DNA of 64,000 nucleotides from Escherichia coli (GTDB lineage Bacteria; Pseudomonadota; Gammaproteobacteria; Enterobacterales; Enterobacteriaceae): NCBI RefSeq assembly GCF_050920415.1, contig NZ_CP169309.1; one strand, 5' to 3'. Shown piece by piece: positions 1 to 10,159 of this stretch (position 1 is its first letter; each line of letters starts with the position of its first letter). The notes under the pieces were generated by a model. It saw only the letters and a program-made list of their open reading frames with translations, ran no database searches and was not told where the DNA came from. The position numbers and the translations under genes were made by a program.

Positions 1-63
1 CGCCCCGTGTTCATGCTGCTCCAGTGCATCCAGCACTGCAGCACGGATATCAGTATGTTTCAT
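1..63 (-). CDS. U: Minor tail protein U, N-terminal fragment (gene continues beyond window start)
   Basis: Minus-strand translation MKHTDIRAAVLDALEQHEHGA matches lambda gpU N-terminus; start overlaps Z stop. Confidence 0.6.
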   Translation of the reverse strand, partial: MKHTDIRAAVLDALEQHEHGA

Positions 64-593
64 CGTTTTATCGCAATCCTCAGTTGTTGTTTCAGCGCAT
101 ATGCCAGTTCTCCGGGCAGGCGTTCACGCCGGATACGGTCAACGTTCTCATCAAACGCCTGTTTCAGTGGGGCCGCCATCGGGATTTTCACCACATCAAT
201 GGGGTAACGGTTTTTCCCGGCCACACGCTGCATGACATGCCAGCGACCATTTTTTAATCGCTGAATAAATGCCCGCTGATAACGATGCTGACCGGCTTTG
301 AGTATGCTGTTCGGACGACGGCCCAGCATCCTGATCCCCAGCTTAATCACCGGGAGATCACCGCGGTTAACGATAATTTTGGCATTCGGATTTCTGACCG
401 TGGCCCGTTTCAGTCTGGACCGTTCCTTTACCCGTTTCCGGCTCACCCTGGTCTCCCGGGCAACCTGTGACGAAGACTGATTAATCGCCGTTGTGGCCAC
501 GCGGTTAATGGCCATTGCTGAAGCCGCCGGAATGGCGTTTTTACGAACCCGGCTCAGATTTTCAATCGCCTGATCAAGCCCTTTTATCGCCAT
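60..593 (-). CDS. Z: Minor tail protein Z
   Basis: 177 aa, near-collinear with lambda gpZ (MAIKGL..NGRWHVMQRVAGKNRYPIDVVKIPMA..RIRRERLP). Confidence 0.85.
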   Translation of the reverse strand: MAIKGLDQAIENLSRVRKNAIPAASAMAINRVATTAINQSSSQVARETRVSRKRVKERSRLKRATVRNPNAKIIVNRGDLPVIKLGIRMLGRRPNSILKAGQHRYQRAFIQRLKNGRWHVMQRVAGKNRYPIDVVKIPMAAPLKQAFDENVDRIRRERLPGELAYALKQQLRIAIKR

Positions 594-607
594 AATTCAC
601 CCTGCGT

Positions 608-961
608 TTATCGTCGCCGGTTAACTGCCGGTGGTTGCCCACGGTTGAGCCAGAGATAACAACTGCCCCCGTCATCCGGAGAAACACGATCCACCCAGAA
701 TGTCTCACCATTAATGGTCAGCGTGTCACCACGCCGCACAGCACGAACCGTATCCGTCCGCACAAATAATGACGGGCAGCTTCCTTCAATACGGACCCCG
801 CTACCGGCAAACCCCAGCGACTCCGGATCGTCAAAAACCCCCTGAACTTCGCTGCCACACTGTGCCCCCGAGGTGAACTGCGCACAGAGCCCCATCACTT
901 CAACAATCGTGCTGTCCACCCCGGCAAGGGCAGCATCAAAGGCATTCTGAAAATCACGCAT
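608..961 (-). CDS. FII: Head-tail joining protein FII
   Basis: 117 aa, same length as lambda gpFII and located between FI and Z. Confidence 0.75.
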   Translation of the reverse strand: MRDFQNAFDAALAGVDSTIVEVMGLCAQFTSGAQCGSEVQGVFDDPESLGFAGSGVRIEGSCPSLFVRTDTVRAVRRGDTLTINGETFWVDRVSPDDGGSCYLWLNRGQPPAVNRRR

Positions 962-1385
962 GCTCAGCCGTTCCGTGCTGTATCATGGCTGTCGCCAGTG
1001 GTGATGGCACCAGAACACGCATGCCCCGGTACGTCAGTTCAACGGGACGGCCTGTCTCCGGGCAATACCCCATCACATGCAGGCATTTCCGCACACGAAC
1101 CGCTTTAACATCATCCGTAGCATCAGTGTTGTGCAACTGCTCACCATCGTCTGTGTGATTTTGCTCAGGCCCGCTCTCATCACCAGGCATAATGCCCTCC
1201 CGGGAAGCAGCAAGCTCCTCTTCCCACTCAGACACACGTTGCGCAATATCCGCAGCACTCCCCGATATATCCGCCTCGCGCCCCAGCAGGCCAGCCAGTT
1301 GACGAAGACGATTCAGATTTTCTTCTTTTGTTGCCATATCAGCCCCCTGTGAAAAAAGACACGGGGGCATTTCGCCCCCGCTCAC
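954..1385 (-). CDS. FI: DNA packaging protein FI-like (start ambiguous, possibly internal Met at ~1337)
   Basis: Position between E and FII; acidic middle region as in lambda gpFI. Confidence 0.65.
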   Translation of the reverse strand: MSGGEMPPCLFSQGADMATKEENLNRLRQLAGLLGREADISGSAADIAQRVSEWEEELAASREGIMPGDESGPEQNHTDDGEQLHNTDATDDVKAVRVRKCLHVMGYCPETGRPVELTYRGMRVLVPSPLATAMIQHGTAEHA

Positions 1386-1388
1386 GGA

Positions 1389-2417
1389 TTATTTCACCTG
1401 CACCACCACAAACTCATCCGGATCCGGCAGCACCATCAGCGGTGCGGACTGCGTCATGGTAAATTCACGGGCCGGATCGCCCACGGTCAGCCAGTGTTTC
1501 GGATAACGGGAAGAGGCCACCACACCTTCGGACAACGCCTGTGCATCCTGAATGGCACCATAGCAACGAATGCCCTCTGCTGCCGTATTCCCCAGGACCA
1601 GTGTACCCTCCGGCAGATAACGTTTTTCGGTACCGTCTTCTGCCACATAAGACGTTTTTGCCACCACAATGGCCAGATCACCGTAATACCCTTTGAAAGA
1701 CACCACAGCCCCCAGGTCTTTCACTGCCGTTTCGAGTTGTGAATTTGAGCCGCGACGGGTATCCAGTTTTTCGCGGAAAAGCTTAAAGCCATTCAGCAGA
1801 CGCCAGACAGTACCGTCCATAATGGCAATATTCACAAGACCGCTGGCCTGATCGCAGTAAAGGTCAATATCATGCGTCGGATCAAACGTATCACGGTCCT
1901 GCTCAGACCATTTTTTACCGTCGGCCTGCTCAATGTTATTTCCTTCAGAGCGTCCAAAATCAACCTCAATTTTCTCGAACTGGTCTCCTTCCATGGTGTA
2001 TTTGCCATACAGCACGGCATTCACCGCCTGCATTTCTTCCACCTGGACAATGGCGTGCTCTTCCTGTTTGAGGTTATCTGTGATGATACGCAGACGACGG
2101 TAGGCCGGGTCGTTCAGCTGAGCCGGATCTTCACCGGGAAGACGCTCAACCGCCTGCTGGTAATTAAATTCGTGTTTCGGCTTGACGTAGCCCGGACGTA
2201 ACACGCGGGTTTCACCACCACGATGACGCAGCACTTTTCCTTCAACAACCGGGGAAACATAGGCCGCCACCGGCGTTTTTCCGGTAATTTTGTCCAGCAT
2301 CACCTCTTCGGTATGGAAATTCACCGTACGGCGGAAAAACAGCTCCAGAAACAGCGCACGATATTTCACTTTTTGTTCGGTATAACCGAGCAACTGGCGG
2401 GTCGTAAACAATCCCAT
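1389..2417 (-). CDS. E: Major capsid protein E
   Basis: 342 aa, lambda gpE-like throughout. Confidence 0.9.
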   Translation of the reverse strand: MGLFTTRQLLGYTEQKVKYRALFLELFFRRTVNFHTEEVMLDKITGKTPVAAYVSPVVEGKVLRHRGGETRVLRPGYVKPKHEFNYQQAVERLPGEDPAQLNDPAYRRLRIITDNLKQEEHAIVQVEEMQAVNAVLYGKYTMEGDQFEKIEVDFGRSEGNNIEQADGKKWSEQDRDTFDPTHDIDLYCDQASGLVNIAIMDGTVWRLLNGFKLFREKLDTRRGSNSQLETAVKDLGAVVSFKGYYGDLAIVVAKTSYVAEDGTEKRYLPEGTLVLGNTAAEGIRCYGAIQDAQALSEGVVASSRYPKHWLTVGDPAREFTMTQSAPLMVLPDPDEFVVVQVK

Positions 2418-2474
2418 AAATCAGTTCCTTTCATTCAGAAATCAGTCAGGTCACCGCGGTGGCCTGATAACGTG

Positions 2475-2822
2475 TTACGGCAGCGCCGCGTGACTCAGGG
2501 CACTGCCGGCAAAGGCATTTGCCTTTTTGTGTTCATCCACACTTTCAGGCCAGCGGATTGCCTCCGTCGCAAAGGTCCCCGACTTGTAATACGTCAGCAC
2601 CGTCTCTGTGCCTTCAAGCGGCAGTACCAGTATGCCAGCCGCACTACCGGCTTTCTGTCCGTCCCAGACCACCAGTTTCCCGGTAGACTCATCCAGCATC
2701 AGGGGCGTCAGTGCCGGTGTTGCCTGAGAAATCCCGCTGCTGCCTGTGGCGGTGTGAGCCGGATCATTACCGGCAAAAATACGTACTTCCGCACGCTGTT
2801 CAGTGATGGTTTTCGTTACCAT
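2475..2822 (-). CDS. D: Head decoration protein D
   Basis: 115 aa, lambda gpD-like, directly upstream of E. Confidence 0.85.
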   Translation of the reverse strand: MVTKTITEQRAEVRIFAGNDPAHTATGSSGISQATPALTPLMLDESTGKLVVWDGQKAGSAAGILVLPLEGTETVLTYYKSGTFATEAIRWPESVDEHKKANAFAGSALSHAALP

Positions 2823-2858
2823 ATTGTAAAAACCTCCTGTTGATGGTCAGCACTGACT

Positions 2859-4364
2859 TCATGGCATGGCCATGAGCAATTTCACGTCCGCATCACCGTC
2901 TGCCGACGTCTGTGACACGCCACCCTGCACGGCTGCCGGTGAATGGTTCGCCATGATGCGTTCAAACATGGCGGTTGTGGATGCAGAAACCGGTTCTGCT
3001 TTATCCGGCGATGAGGACAGAATGTCGCGGGCAGCCTCCACCGTCATTCCGGGAAACGCCGCCAGTTTTTCAGCCTGCGCCTCAGCCCCTTTTGCCTCAT
3101 CCAGAGCCATAATCTGATCACGGAGTGAGGGTCCGGCATCCGCCTGCGGTGAAGCCGCCAGGATCGGGCGGGCTTTTTCCACCGTCATATCCGGCATCGC
3201 CGCCAGCGTTGCCGCCAGTTGTTCACGACCTTTAGCTTCTTCACACGCCATAATGCGATCGGCTTCACTCTGCGCGGATGCCACCGGCTGCTGCGGTGCT
3301 GCCGCGGCCAGAATCGCCCGGGCCTGTTCAACGCTCATGCCCTGTTGTCCTGCCAGCATCGTGGCAAGCTGTTCACGTCCTTTCGCTTCCTGACACGTCA
3401 GGATCCCCATCACTCGCTGGTTCTCCTGCGCGGCGGCTTCCGTTGCAGTTAATTGCGGCATAGTGCCTCCTGTATCATGTGTGTTCAGCGCCGCAGCCAT
3501 CACGCTGATGGCATCCGACGCATTGATTAATTCATCCGCCAGCCCGGCCTCAATACCGGACTGACCTTCAAAAACGGCAGCCTCTGTCCCCGTGACCGCA
3601 TCCACAGACAGCCCGGTATACATCGCCACTTTTTCGGCAAACATCCGGTGCGCCGCATCAATGCGCTGCTGCATGTCCTGACGCACCTCTGCCGGTAAGG
3701 CTTCAAACTGATTGCCATCCACCTTGTGCGCCCCGGCATAAATCAGCGTGATATCCACTCCGGCCTGCGCCAGATGACCGGCATAGCTGACATGGCCCAT
3801 CATCACGCCAATGGAGCCGATACGGGATGTCTGGGTAACCAGCCGTCGGGAGCAGGCCGACGCCAGCAGCATGGCCGCAGAACAGGCCGTATCATTACAC
3901 AGTGCCCAGACCGGCTTCTGCTGCCGGAGGCGGTAAATCATGTCAGCGCAGTCAAACGCACCGGCGGCCTGCCCGCCCGGACTGTCAATATCCAGCAGTA
4001 CGCCCCGGACAGAGGTGTCCGCCATTGCCTGCTGAAGACAGGCAACAATGCCGTCATAGCCTGTCATTCCAGAAAATGGCCGCATACCACCCAGCCGGTG
4101 CACCAGCGTGCCGGTCACCGGCAGTACCGCAATACCGCTCACCACCCGGTAAACACGGGCCGGTCGTTTACCTCCGGCCATGTACTCGTCCGTTTCAGCC
4201 AGCATCCCGGGAGCATCAAGCTGTACCTGCTGTTGTGGTAACGAAAGACTTGCTGCCCCCATCTCGCGCCCGAGCGCGCAAAAGAAAACCCGCGCATAGG
4301 CGGGCTCCAGAAGCAGCGGTTCATTGAATGCTGCGGCAATAATGTGTGAAAGATTACGTCTCAC
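2859..4364 (-). CDS. C: Capsid assembly protease C (S49 peptidase family) with C-terminal Nu3-like scaffold repeats
   Basis: 501 aa; N-terminal ClpP/S49-like region then three ~40-aa repeats (EEAKGREQLA..). Confidence 0.85.
   Translation of the reverse strand: MRRNLSHIIAAAFNEPLLLEPAYARVFFCALGREMGAASLSLPQQQVQLDAPGMLAETDEYMAGGKRPARVYRVVSGIAVLPVTGTLVHRLGGMRPFSGMTGYDGIVACLQQAMADTSVRGVLLDIDSPGGQAAGAFDCADMIYRLRQQKPVWALCNDTACSAAMLLASACSRRLVTQTSRIGSIGVMMGHVSYAGHLAQAGVDITLIYAGAHKVDGNQFEALPAEVRQDMQQRIDAAHRMFAEKVAMYTGLSVDAVTGTEAAVFEGQSGIEAGLADELINASDAISVMAAALNTHDTGGTMPQLTATEAAAQENQRVMGILTCQEAKGREQLATMLAGQQGMSVEQARAILAAAAPQQPVASAQSEADRIMACEEAKGREQLAATLAAMPDMTVEKARPILAASPQADAGPSLRDQIMALDEAKGAEAQAEKLAAFPGMTVEAARDILSSSPDKAEPVSASTTAMFERIMANHSPAAVQGGVSQTSADGDADVKLLMAMP
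2980..3470 (-). repeat. Three tandem ~120-bp in-frame repeats within the C gene scaffold domain
   Basis: Repeated nucleotide blocks and repeated peptide EAKGxE(Q)LAxxLAxxPxMTVExAR. Confidence 0.6.
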
Positions 4365-5946
4365 GTGGTGTTGTCTCCTCTTCCGGCCTGCGACTCTCCG
4401 CTATCTGCTGCTGATACGCCTGCGCTATCCACACCGGACGTGAGAGTCCGGCTTTTTGCCGCTCTGCAGATTCCCTGACCTGCTGGCGGAAAATGTCCTG
4501 ATAATCCTCGCCCATCAGCGCCAGCTCTTTCTCATACGTGCTCAGTCCGGCCTCAATGCGCATCACCGATTCCTGGACTTCCTTGAGCCCGTCAATGGCC
4601 ATTCTTCCGGCACCAATCCACTCTGCCCGTGACCAGGCTGATCGCGCCTGATAAAAATCAAAACGTGCCCGTGGCGGACGAATAATCCCCCGAAGAAGTG
4701 CCTCTTCCAGCCAGCAGGAAAACATCTGCGTGGCCAGCCGGGCCGCAATAAATTTTCGCCGCCCCATAAAATAGCGCCACGACTCATTGGCGGAGGCGCG
4801 GGCACTTGAGTAACTGACCTTCGAGTAATCACGGGACAACTGTTCGTAGGAAACGCCAAGACCGGCGGCGATATACCGCAGAAGCGCCTGTTCAAGCGCA
4901 GAAAATCCATTGTCTGAATCCTGCGCAGTCTGTAGTTTCAGATCATCACCAGGGAAAAGGTGCGGAATTTTGACACCGCCCAGTGTCACGTGATTCGTGT
5001 CATACCAGCTGGAGAACTTCTCCAGAATATTAATAAGCGGATTATCCTTCTGCTCCTGTGGCGCGCCGGCGATATATTCAAAGGCCTTTTCGGTATCAAG
5101 TTCACTTTCAATCGTCGCTGCATACATCGCCTTCACTATGGCCGACTGAAGCTGTGTTGCCTGCAGGGAATCGAGCATCTTCAGCCGTTCCATGACGCTG
5201 TAAAACTGATTAGCCCCACGGGTCTGCCCGTCCTCCACCGGCTCGAAAATATGCAGCATGGCCGGACGCCCGGTGGGAAGTTCACGCGGGATCCGTTCCC
5301 ATCGTCCACTACCAGAGAACGGAAAATCATCCTCACAGATATGGTACGCGACGGCACGGCCATATCGATCGACCTCCACACCAGCCCGCAGAAAACGGTT
5401 CCCCATACCGTGTCCAGGCGTGTCCACCCGTTTCGGACTCACGGCTTTAAAACGCGTACGGAATAACTGCGTGGTTTCCGTATCCCAGACCGGCTGCACA
5501 AAGATTTCGCCGTTAAACGCATGAACGCCCACACCTTCACGGATAAATTCCGTGAACGTGCGTTTTCCTTCCACGTCGATCTCGCCAGACATCCCTTCGG
5601 CGTATTCCGACCAGGCCGCCTCCACCTCATCGACAAAGCTTTTTGCTGCGGTCTCCCGCATCCCCAGCCAGCGCCAGTTCGGACGGTAGCTGATCAGAAA
5701 CATATGCCCGACAATGTGATCCTTATGCAGGGCCACCGCATTAGCCGCTATTCCGTTATTGCGCACCAGATCATCTGCCCGGGCATTCCCCAGACGCAAC
5801 GCGGGCAGCAGGGCCGCATCGGCACTCTGCGCCGGTGGCAACCACTCCGCCATTTGCCCGCCAAATCCTGCGCCGCCCCCGTGGTAGCTGAGGCTCTCCC
5901 GAAGCGGAACGCCGTTCACATCAATCAGGACAGGCGTTCGTTTCAT
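4354..5946 (-). CDS. B: Portal protein B
   Basis: 530 aa, lambda gpB-like (lambda 533 aa). Confidence 0.9.
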   Translation of the reverse strand: MKRTPVLIDVNGVPLRESLSYHGGGAGFGGQMAEWLPPAQSADAALLPALRLGNARADDLVRNNGIAANAVALHKDHIVGHMFLISYRPNWRWLGMRETAAKSFVDEVEAAWSEYAEGMSGEIDVEGKRTFTEFIREGVGVHAFNGEIFVQPVWDTETTQLFRTRFKAVSPKRVDTPGHGMGNRFLRAGVEVDRYGRAVAYHICEDDFPFSGSGRWERIPRELPTGRPAMLHIFEPVEDGQTRGANQFYSVMERLKMLDSLQATQLQSAIVKAMYAATIESELDTEKAFEYIAGAPQEQKDNPLINILEKFSSWYDTNHVTLGGVKIPHLFPGDDLKLQTAQDSDNGFSALEQALLRYIAAGLGVSYEQLSRDYSKVSYSSARASANESWRYFMGRRKFIAARLATQMFSCWLEEALLRGIIRPPRARFDFYQARSAWSRAEWIGAGRMAIDGLKEVQESVMRIEAGLSTYEKELALMGEDYQDIFRQQVRESAERQKAGLSRPVWIAQAYQQQIAESRRPEEETTPRET

Positions 5947-6149
5947 AACCTCACTCCCAGCGGACGACGGCGACGGCGGGTTGTCCCCAGTACCGACTCC
6001 GCATCATTGATCGCACGGTTAAGCTCATCCAGAGAAGCCGCCGTATATTCAATTCTGCGACCATCTTTCTGGACAGACACCACCCGTTTACCGGTTAATA
6101 AATCAAGGCGCGCCTGACGCAGCGCCTGCAGTTCAGCGACTGTAACCAT
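5943..6149 (-). CDS. W: Head-tail joining protein W
   Basis: 68 aa with LTGKRVVSVQKDGRRIEYTAAS motif as in lambda gpW. Confidence 0.8.
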   Translation of the reverse strand: MVTVAELQALRQARLDLLTGKRVVSVQKDGRRIEYTAASLDELNRAINDAESVLGTTRRRRRPLGVRL

Positions 6150-8061
6150 TCACTCCTCCGGACAGCTTCGCTGCCAGTTCTTTCAGGGTTGGCCGGGTTG
6201 TCTCTTCTTCCCGGGATTTTGCCAGTACAGCCAGATCAAGCTGCCAGCGTTGCACGGACACACGTAATGCCGCGTAGGCATACACCAGGCAGTCCAGCGC
6301 TTCGTTACGCCGCTTTTTGTTATCCCACAGCAGACGCATCTTTCCTTTTTCCCACTTCTCCACCAGCTCTTCCGCCACCAGTTGCTGCGCCTCTGTCTGC
6401 GAAAAAATCTCCGGATCATCAGGAAAACGGATGGCATACGACGTGGCTTCATCCGCAGGCGTGGGATCGGCTTTCATACGGGCATAGAGAATTTCTTTTG
6501 CGGTGTCTGTCCCCACTTCACACAGATACACTCCCCGCTGATTGCGGGTTTTTGGCATGGTGATCACCGGCTTGCCATAGACAGATGCGCCTTTTACCGG
6601 CAGTACCCGGAAAACACCGTGTTTTTTTGATCTCTGATAAACGATTTCACCATCGATCCCCCCGGTGTCCCAGCAGACACGGGAAATGGTCATTTCAGTG
6701 CCATCCGCATGGCGGTATTTTTTGTTGATCGCCGCATCCACACGTAACAGCGTCTCTTCCTCATCGGGACGCCCCATAATGATGATTTTATCCACCAGAA
6801 AGGCTTCCTCTCCCGGAGCCCATCCCCAGACATACATCTCAAAACGGTTTCGCTGCGAGTCAATGCCCGCCGTCAGATAAACCACCCGGGCAGGCACCGC
6901 CGCCGTGTAACGCACAACCTTATCCATCAGTACCTGGTGATCGAGTTTTTCGCCCACGGCCTCTTCCCAGGTCTCGCCCAGCGTGGTGTTCACAAAGGTT
7001 TTCAGGCCGTTGGGATCTTTCAGTGCATCCAGCCAGTCATAGACAATCTGTACCCAGGTGGTGAACGGACTGTACGCCGTCCAGATATGGAATGTGATGG
7101 AGCGCGGCGGCGGAATTTCATTACCCGCAGCGCTGAAAAACGTCAGGCCGTCACGGGTCCACATGCCCGTGTTTTCACAGATCCACCGCCCGTTGCTCTG
7201 GTCAAGTTCAGACTGATGGATCACGCAGCCATGATGTTCACAGAGGTAGAAAACGCTTTCGGGGCTGTCCTTCTCCCATTTAAGGCCAAAAGGCGTGGAT
7301 TCATCGCCAAATTTCAGATACTGCGCCTCCCCACAGTGCGGGCAGGGCACATAAAAACGCATGAAATGTGCCGACTCGTTAGCGGCTTTTTCGATCTGAC
7401 AGGTGCCTTTGATTTTAGGCGTCGAGCCGCGAATGGATTTTGGCCATACAGAGCCCTCAATACGCTTATCCCCCAGCAGGGTTGGCGAGCCCTCTTTTTC
7501 GACATCCGGCTCGAACGAGGAAAGTTCGTCATAGCAGACCACGTCCACGGATTTTTCACGGTAGTTTTTGGCGGCAGCGCCGCCCAGGCACCAGAAGCCC
7601 ACACCCGATGAAAAGCGTTTCAGCGTGAGAGTATTGTCACGATGTTTACGACCCAGCCATGGGGAAAGGTCTTTCAGGCATGGCACGTCCCGAATCGTCG
7701 CCTCCACGTGAGACTTCATAAAATCTTCAGCGGCAGAATCCGTAGGCTGAAAAAGCAGACTGTTACGGGATTTATGCTCAATAAAATACCCGACCACCCC
7801 CAGCAACATCTTTGTATAGCCAACACGGGCAGATTTAATCAGATTAACAGTGCGGATCTGATCATTCCCCATGCTGTTCATGATGGCGATCTGGAATGGC
7901 AGCGTTTTCCATTCTCCCTCACCATATGAAGATTCTTTAGGCAGATAATAATTTTGATCAGCCCATTCAACTGGCGTCACCGGCAATGCCCTTATCAGGG
8001 GCTGTAATGCTGTTGTGACAGCGCTCATCATATTATTCAGTTGTTGCTCTGATATATTCAT
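6133..8061 (-). CDS. A: Terminase large subunit A
   Basis: Lambda gpA-like over full length; start set at MNISEQQ (ATG 8061), the ORF-track start is an upstream extension. Confidence 0.9.
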   Translation of the reverse strand: MNISEQQLNNMMSAVTTALQPLIRALPVTPVEWADQNYYLPKESSYGEGEWKTLPFQIAIMNSMGNDQIRTVNLIKSARVGYTKMLLGVVGYFIEHKSRNSLLFQPTDSAAEDFMKSHVEATIRDVPCLKDLSPWLGRKHRDNTLTLKRFSSGVGFWCLGGAAAKNYREKSVDVVCYDELSSFEPDVEKEGSPTLLGDKRIEGSVWPKSIRGSTPKIKGTCQIEKAANESAHFMRFYVPCPHCGEAQYLKFGDESTPFGLKWEKDSPESVFYLCEHHGCVIHQSELDQSNGRWICENTGMWTRDGLTFFSAAGNEIPPPRSITFHIWTAYSPFTTWVQIVYDWLDALKDPNGLKTFVNTTLGETWEEAVGEKLDHQVLMDKVVRYTAAVPARVVYLTAGIDSQRNRFEMYVWGWAPGEEAFLVDKIIIMGRPDEEETLLRVDAAINKKYRHADGTEMTISRVCWDTGGIDGEIVYQRSKKHGVFRVLPVKGASVYGKPVITMPKTRNQRGVYLCEVGTDTAKEILYARMKADPTPADEATSYAIRFPDDPEIFSQTEAQQLVAEELVEKWEKGKMRLLWDNKKRRNEALDCLVYAYAALRVSVQRWQLDLAVLAKSREEETTRPTLKELAAKLSGGVNGYSR

Positions 8062-8542
8062 CGAGTAAATCCGGTAATTTATCCCCCGCCCGCGCACACT
8101 GATTTGCCCCCTTCGCAATAAGGGTTTTCAGATGGTCAAGATGGCGCGGTGTTAAATCAGGAAACTGTCGCTGCATGGATAAAGGGATGGAATCAAGCGT
8201 ACTGGATAACGCCATTGCCAGCTTACTGAGGGCAAAAATACAGAACCCGGTGTCAATAAGTTTTCCTTTTGACACCTCATTTTTTAACTGCTGTGTAACA
8301 GCCTGTTCTGCTGTCAGTTCCCATCTGGCAATAAGCAATTTCTCCTCATAGTCGTCTTCGCTATCGCCATCAGGCACATCGTTTTTACTTCTCCTCAGAT
8401 ACGATATGTAAAAATCGCGCCAGGCATCCAGATCCAGTTGCCCTCGCTTATTCGATATCGGGGCACCCGGCAATTTCTGCAATCTGCGAAGCTGGCGATC
8501 GGTCAGACTTAAATGCCTGGCAACTTCAGTCTGCGTAGCCAC
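8033..8542 (-). CDS. Nu1: Terminase small subunit Nu1
   Basis: 169 aa; C-terminal half resembles lambda Nu1; overlaps A start; sits 167 nt from cosN. Confidence 0.85.
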   Translation of the reverse strand: MATQTEVARHLSLTDRQLRRLQKLPGAPISNKRGQLDLDAWRDFYISYLRRSKNDVPDGDSEDDYEEKLLIARWELTAEQAVTQQLKNEVSKGKLIDTGFCIFALSKLAMALSSTLDSIPLSMQRQFPDLTPRHLDHLKTLIAKGANQCARAGDKLPDLLDEYIRATTE

Positions 8543-8559
8543 TCCTCACCTCGCAATCA

Positions 8560-8725
8560 CAACAAAACCGGTCATGTCCGGCTTACATGTCTATTTTTTG
8601 TTCATGTCCGGTTCACAGAAAACCTGTTTTTATATTTTTCATATAGTTAACTTGAAGAGAAACCGGACATGGATCCCGGAAAATTTTCATAAATAGCGAA
8701 AACCCGCGAGGTCGCCGCCCCGTAA
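8560..8725 (-). other. cos site: cosN cohesive end (8709-8720) plus cosB-like repeats (CCGGACATG family) upstream of Nu1
   Basis: Minus strand reads GTTACGGGGCGGCGACCTCGCGGGTTTTCGCTATTTATGAAAATTTTCCGG, matching the lambda cos sequence as remembered. Confidence 0.8.
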
Positions 8726-8919
8726 CAGGCCGGATCGCCAGAAAGGACCCGAAAATGATAATAATTATCAATTAAATAAAAGTTATCTCAACCGACAAGT
8801 TCACCATGAAAGAGGACAAATAATGAGTTCGGTCTCAATGCATTAATTGATCTGCATCAAATTTAAGTAAAAACATCTTTGGACAATACAGAACACTGCA
8901 GTGAATATGGAAAAAGACA

Positions 8920-9132
8920 ATGTCATCGAAGAACAAAACCAGCAAAACAACAACCCGTAACATCCGTTTTCCCAATCACATGATTGAGCAGATCAATATC
9001 GCCCTTGAGCATAAAGGCTCCGGCAACTTTTCGGCATGGGTTATTGAAGCCTGTCGCCGGAGGCTGGCAGCAGACATAAAATGTGCCCGTCAGTTAACTG
9101 TAACAAAAAATGATACACCGTCTGCTCTGTGA
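8920..9132 (+). CDS. YlcI/DUF3950-like small protein
   Basis: 70 aa; TTTRNIRFPNHMIEQINIALEHKGSGNFSAWVIEACRRRL resembles DLP12 YlcI. Confidence 0.55.
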   Translation: MSSKNKTSKTTTRNIRFPNHMIEQINIALEHKGSGNFSAWVIEACRRRLAADIKCARQLTVTKNDTPSAL

Positions 9133-9278
9133 TAACTGTTCATATAACCATTTCTTTATATTGCTGAATTTACAAAAAGTCGCAGTTATTAGTCGTATTT
9201 ATTCCGAATTGAAATCATCCGTCATATAAAATAAAAAAGAATAACAATAATAATCTTCTACCCTTATCAGTACCTTTA

Positions 9279-9306
9279 CTGCTGTGCTCCAACACAGCAG
9301 TTTTTT
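9279..9306 (+). terminator. Rho-independent terminator candidate
   Basis: Hairpin ctgctgtg-ctccaa-cacagcag followed by T6. Confidence 0.55.
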
Positions 9307-9930
9307 GATTATGCTCACATATTTTTCATCCCCACCGCACTGCACATTATAACTGTTGCTTTTCAATTCAGGCTTTGTGCAGGTATGTCTGAATCTCCTC
9401 CGGGAGAGGTCTTCATCGTTATCAGCCCCAAAACACACCAGCGACACTGACAAAGAGCCTGCGAGTGCAGTTGCCCCGTTTTCGTTTTATGATGTATTCA
9501 CCCAGTCAAATAATGAGCAAATTCAATCCATGTCAGACGGCAGAGAATCATAAAATTTAACCATCGTGCTTACATAAACAATCCGATAAAGACTTAACAT
9601 ACTTAAAATCGCATATTGCATAAGAATAAATAATAAGTCATCAAAAAACATCGGGCAAAACTACCGCAACTCCAGTTAAAAAGACAATATATTAATCCAG
9701 CGACCTCATTTATTATTCAGAAATGCTTAATAATAAGATATTTCCTGTTATTCCTTTATGGAGATCGGGTAACTGCTCCATGCCAGTCTTGTTGAATGGC
9801 TCAAAAAATAAGAGAATAATTCATAACATATATTGTAATTCAGGCTCGGTTATTTCGAATTGAATACTTGCATTAAAATCTGATAAAAAATTCGTCATAA
9901 CAACAACATTCTCTTCTGCATGTGCCATAA

Positions 9931-9959
9931 CCTGCCGTAACAACCCGGCAGGTTTTTTT
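9931..9959 (+). terminator. Rho-independent terminator candidate
   Basis: Hairpin cctgccg-taacaacc-cggcagg followed by T7. Confidence 0.55.
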
Positions 9960-10159
9960 ATTGAATAAATTTCCGGTTTCTTCCACCATCGCACCGGCCA
10001 GGCGACTATGAGGGGACAACGCCGCGCTCCGTTAACGCAGTAAACCCCGGTGTGTATCGTTTTTGATTATCCCCGCACACTCGCGCAGAGGAGTCTCCCC
10101 GTAGGGCTGCGGTCTCTGTTAATGCGGAAATACGGCGACGATACAACGCATTGAAAAAA

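Noticed and set aside
3726-4327. Plus-strand ORFs of 141-171 aa
   Set aside because: Antisense to the phage C protease gene; Pro/Arg-rich shadow frames.
9199-9553. 84-aa (minus) and 65-aa (plus) ORFs in the AT-rich block
   Set aside because: Both begin with TTG in the ORF track, have no nearby ATG plus SD, and give low-complexity translations; kept only as part of the intergenic finding.
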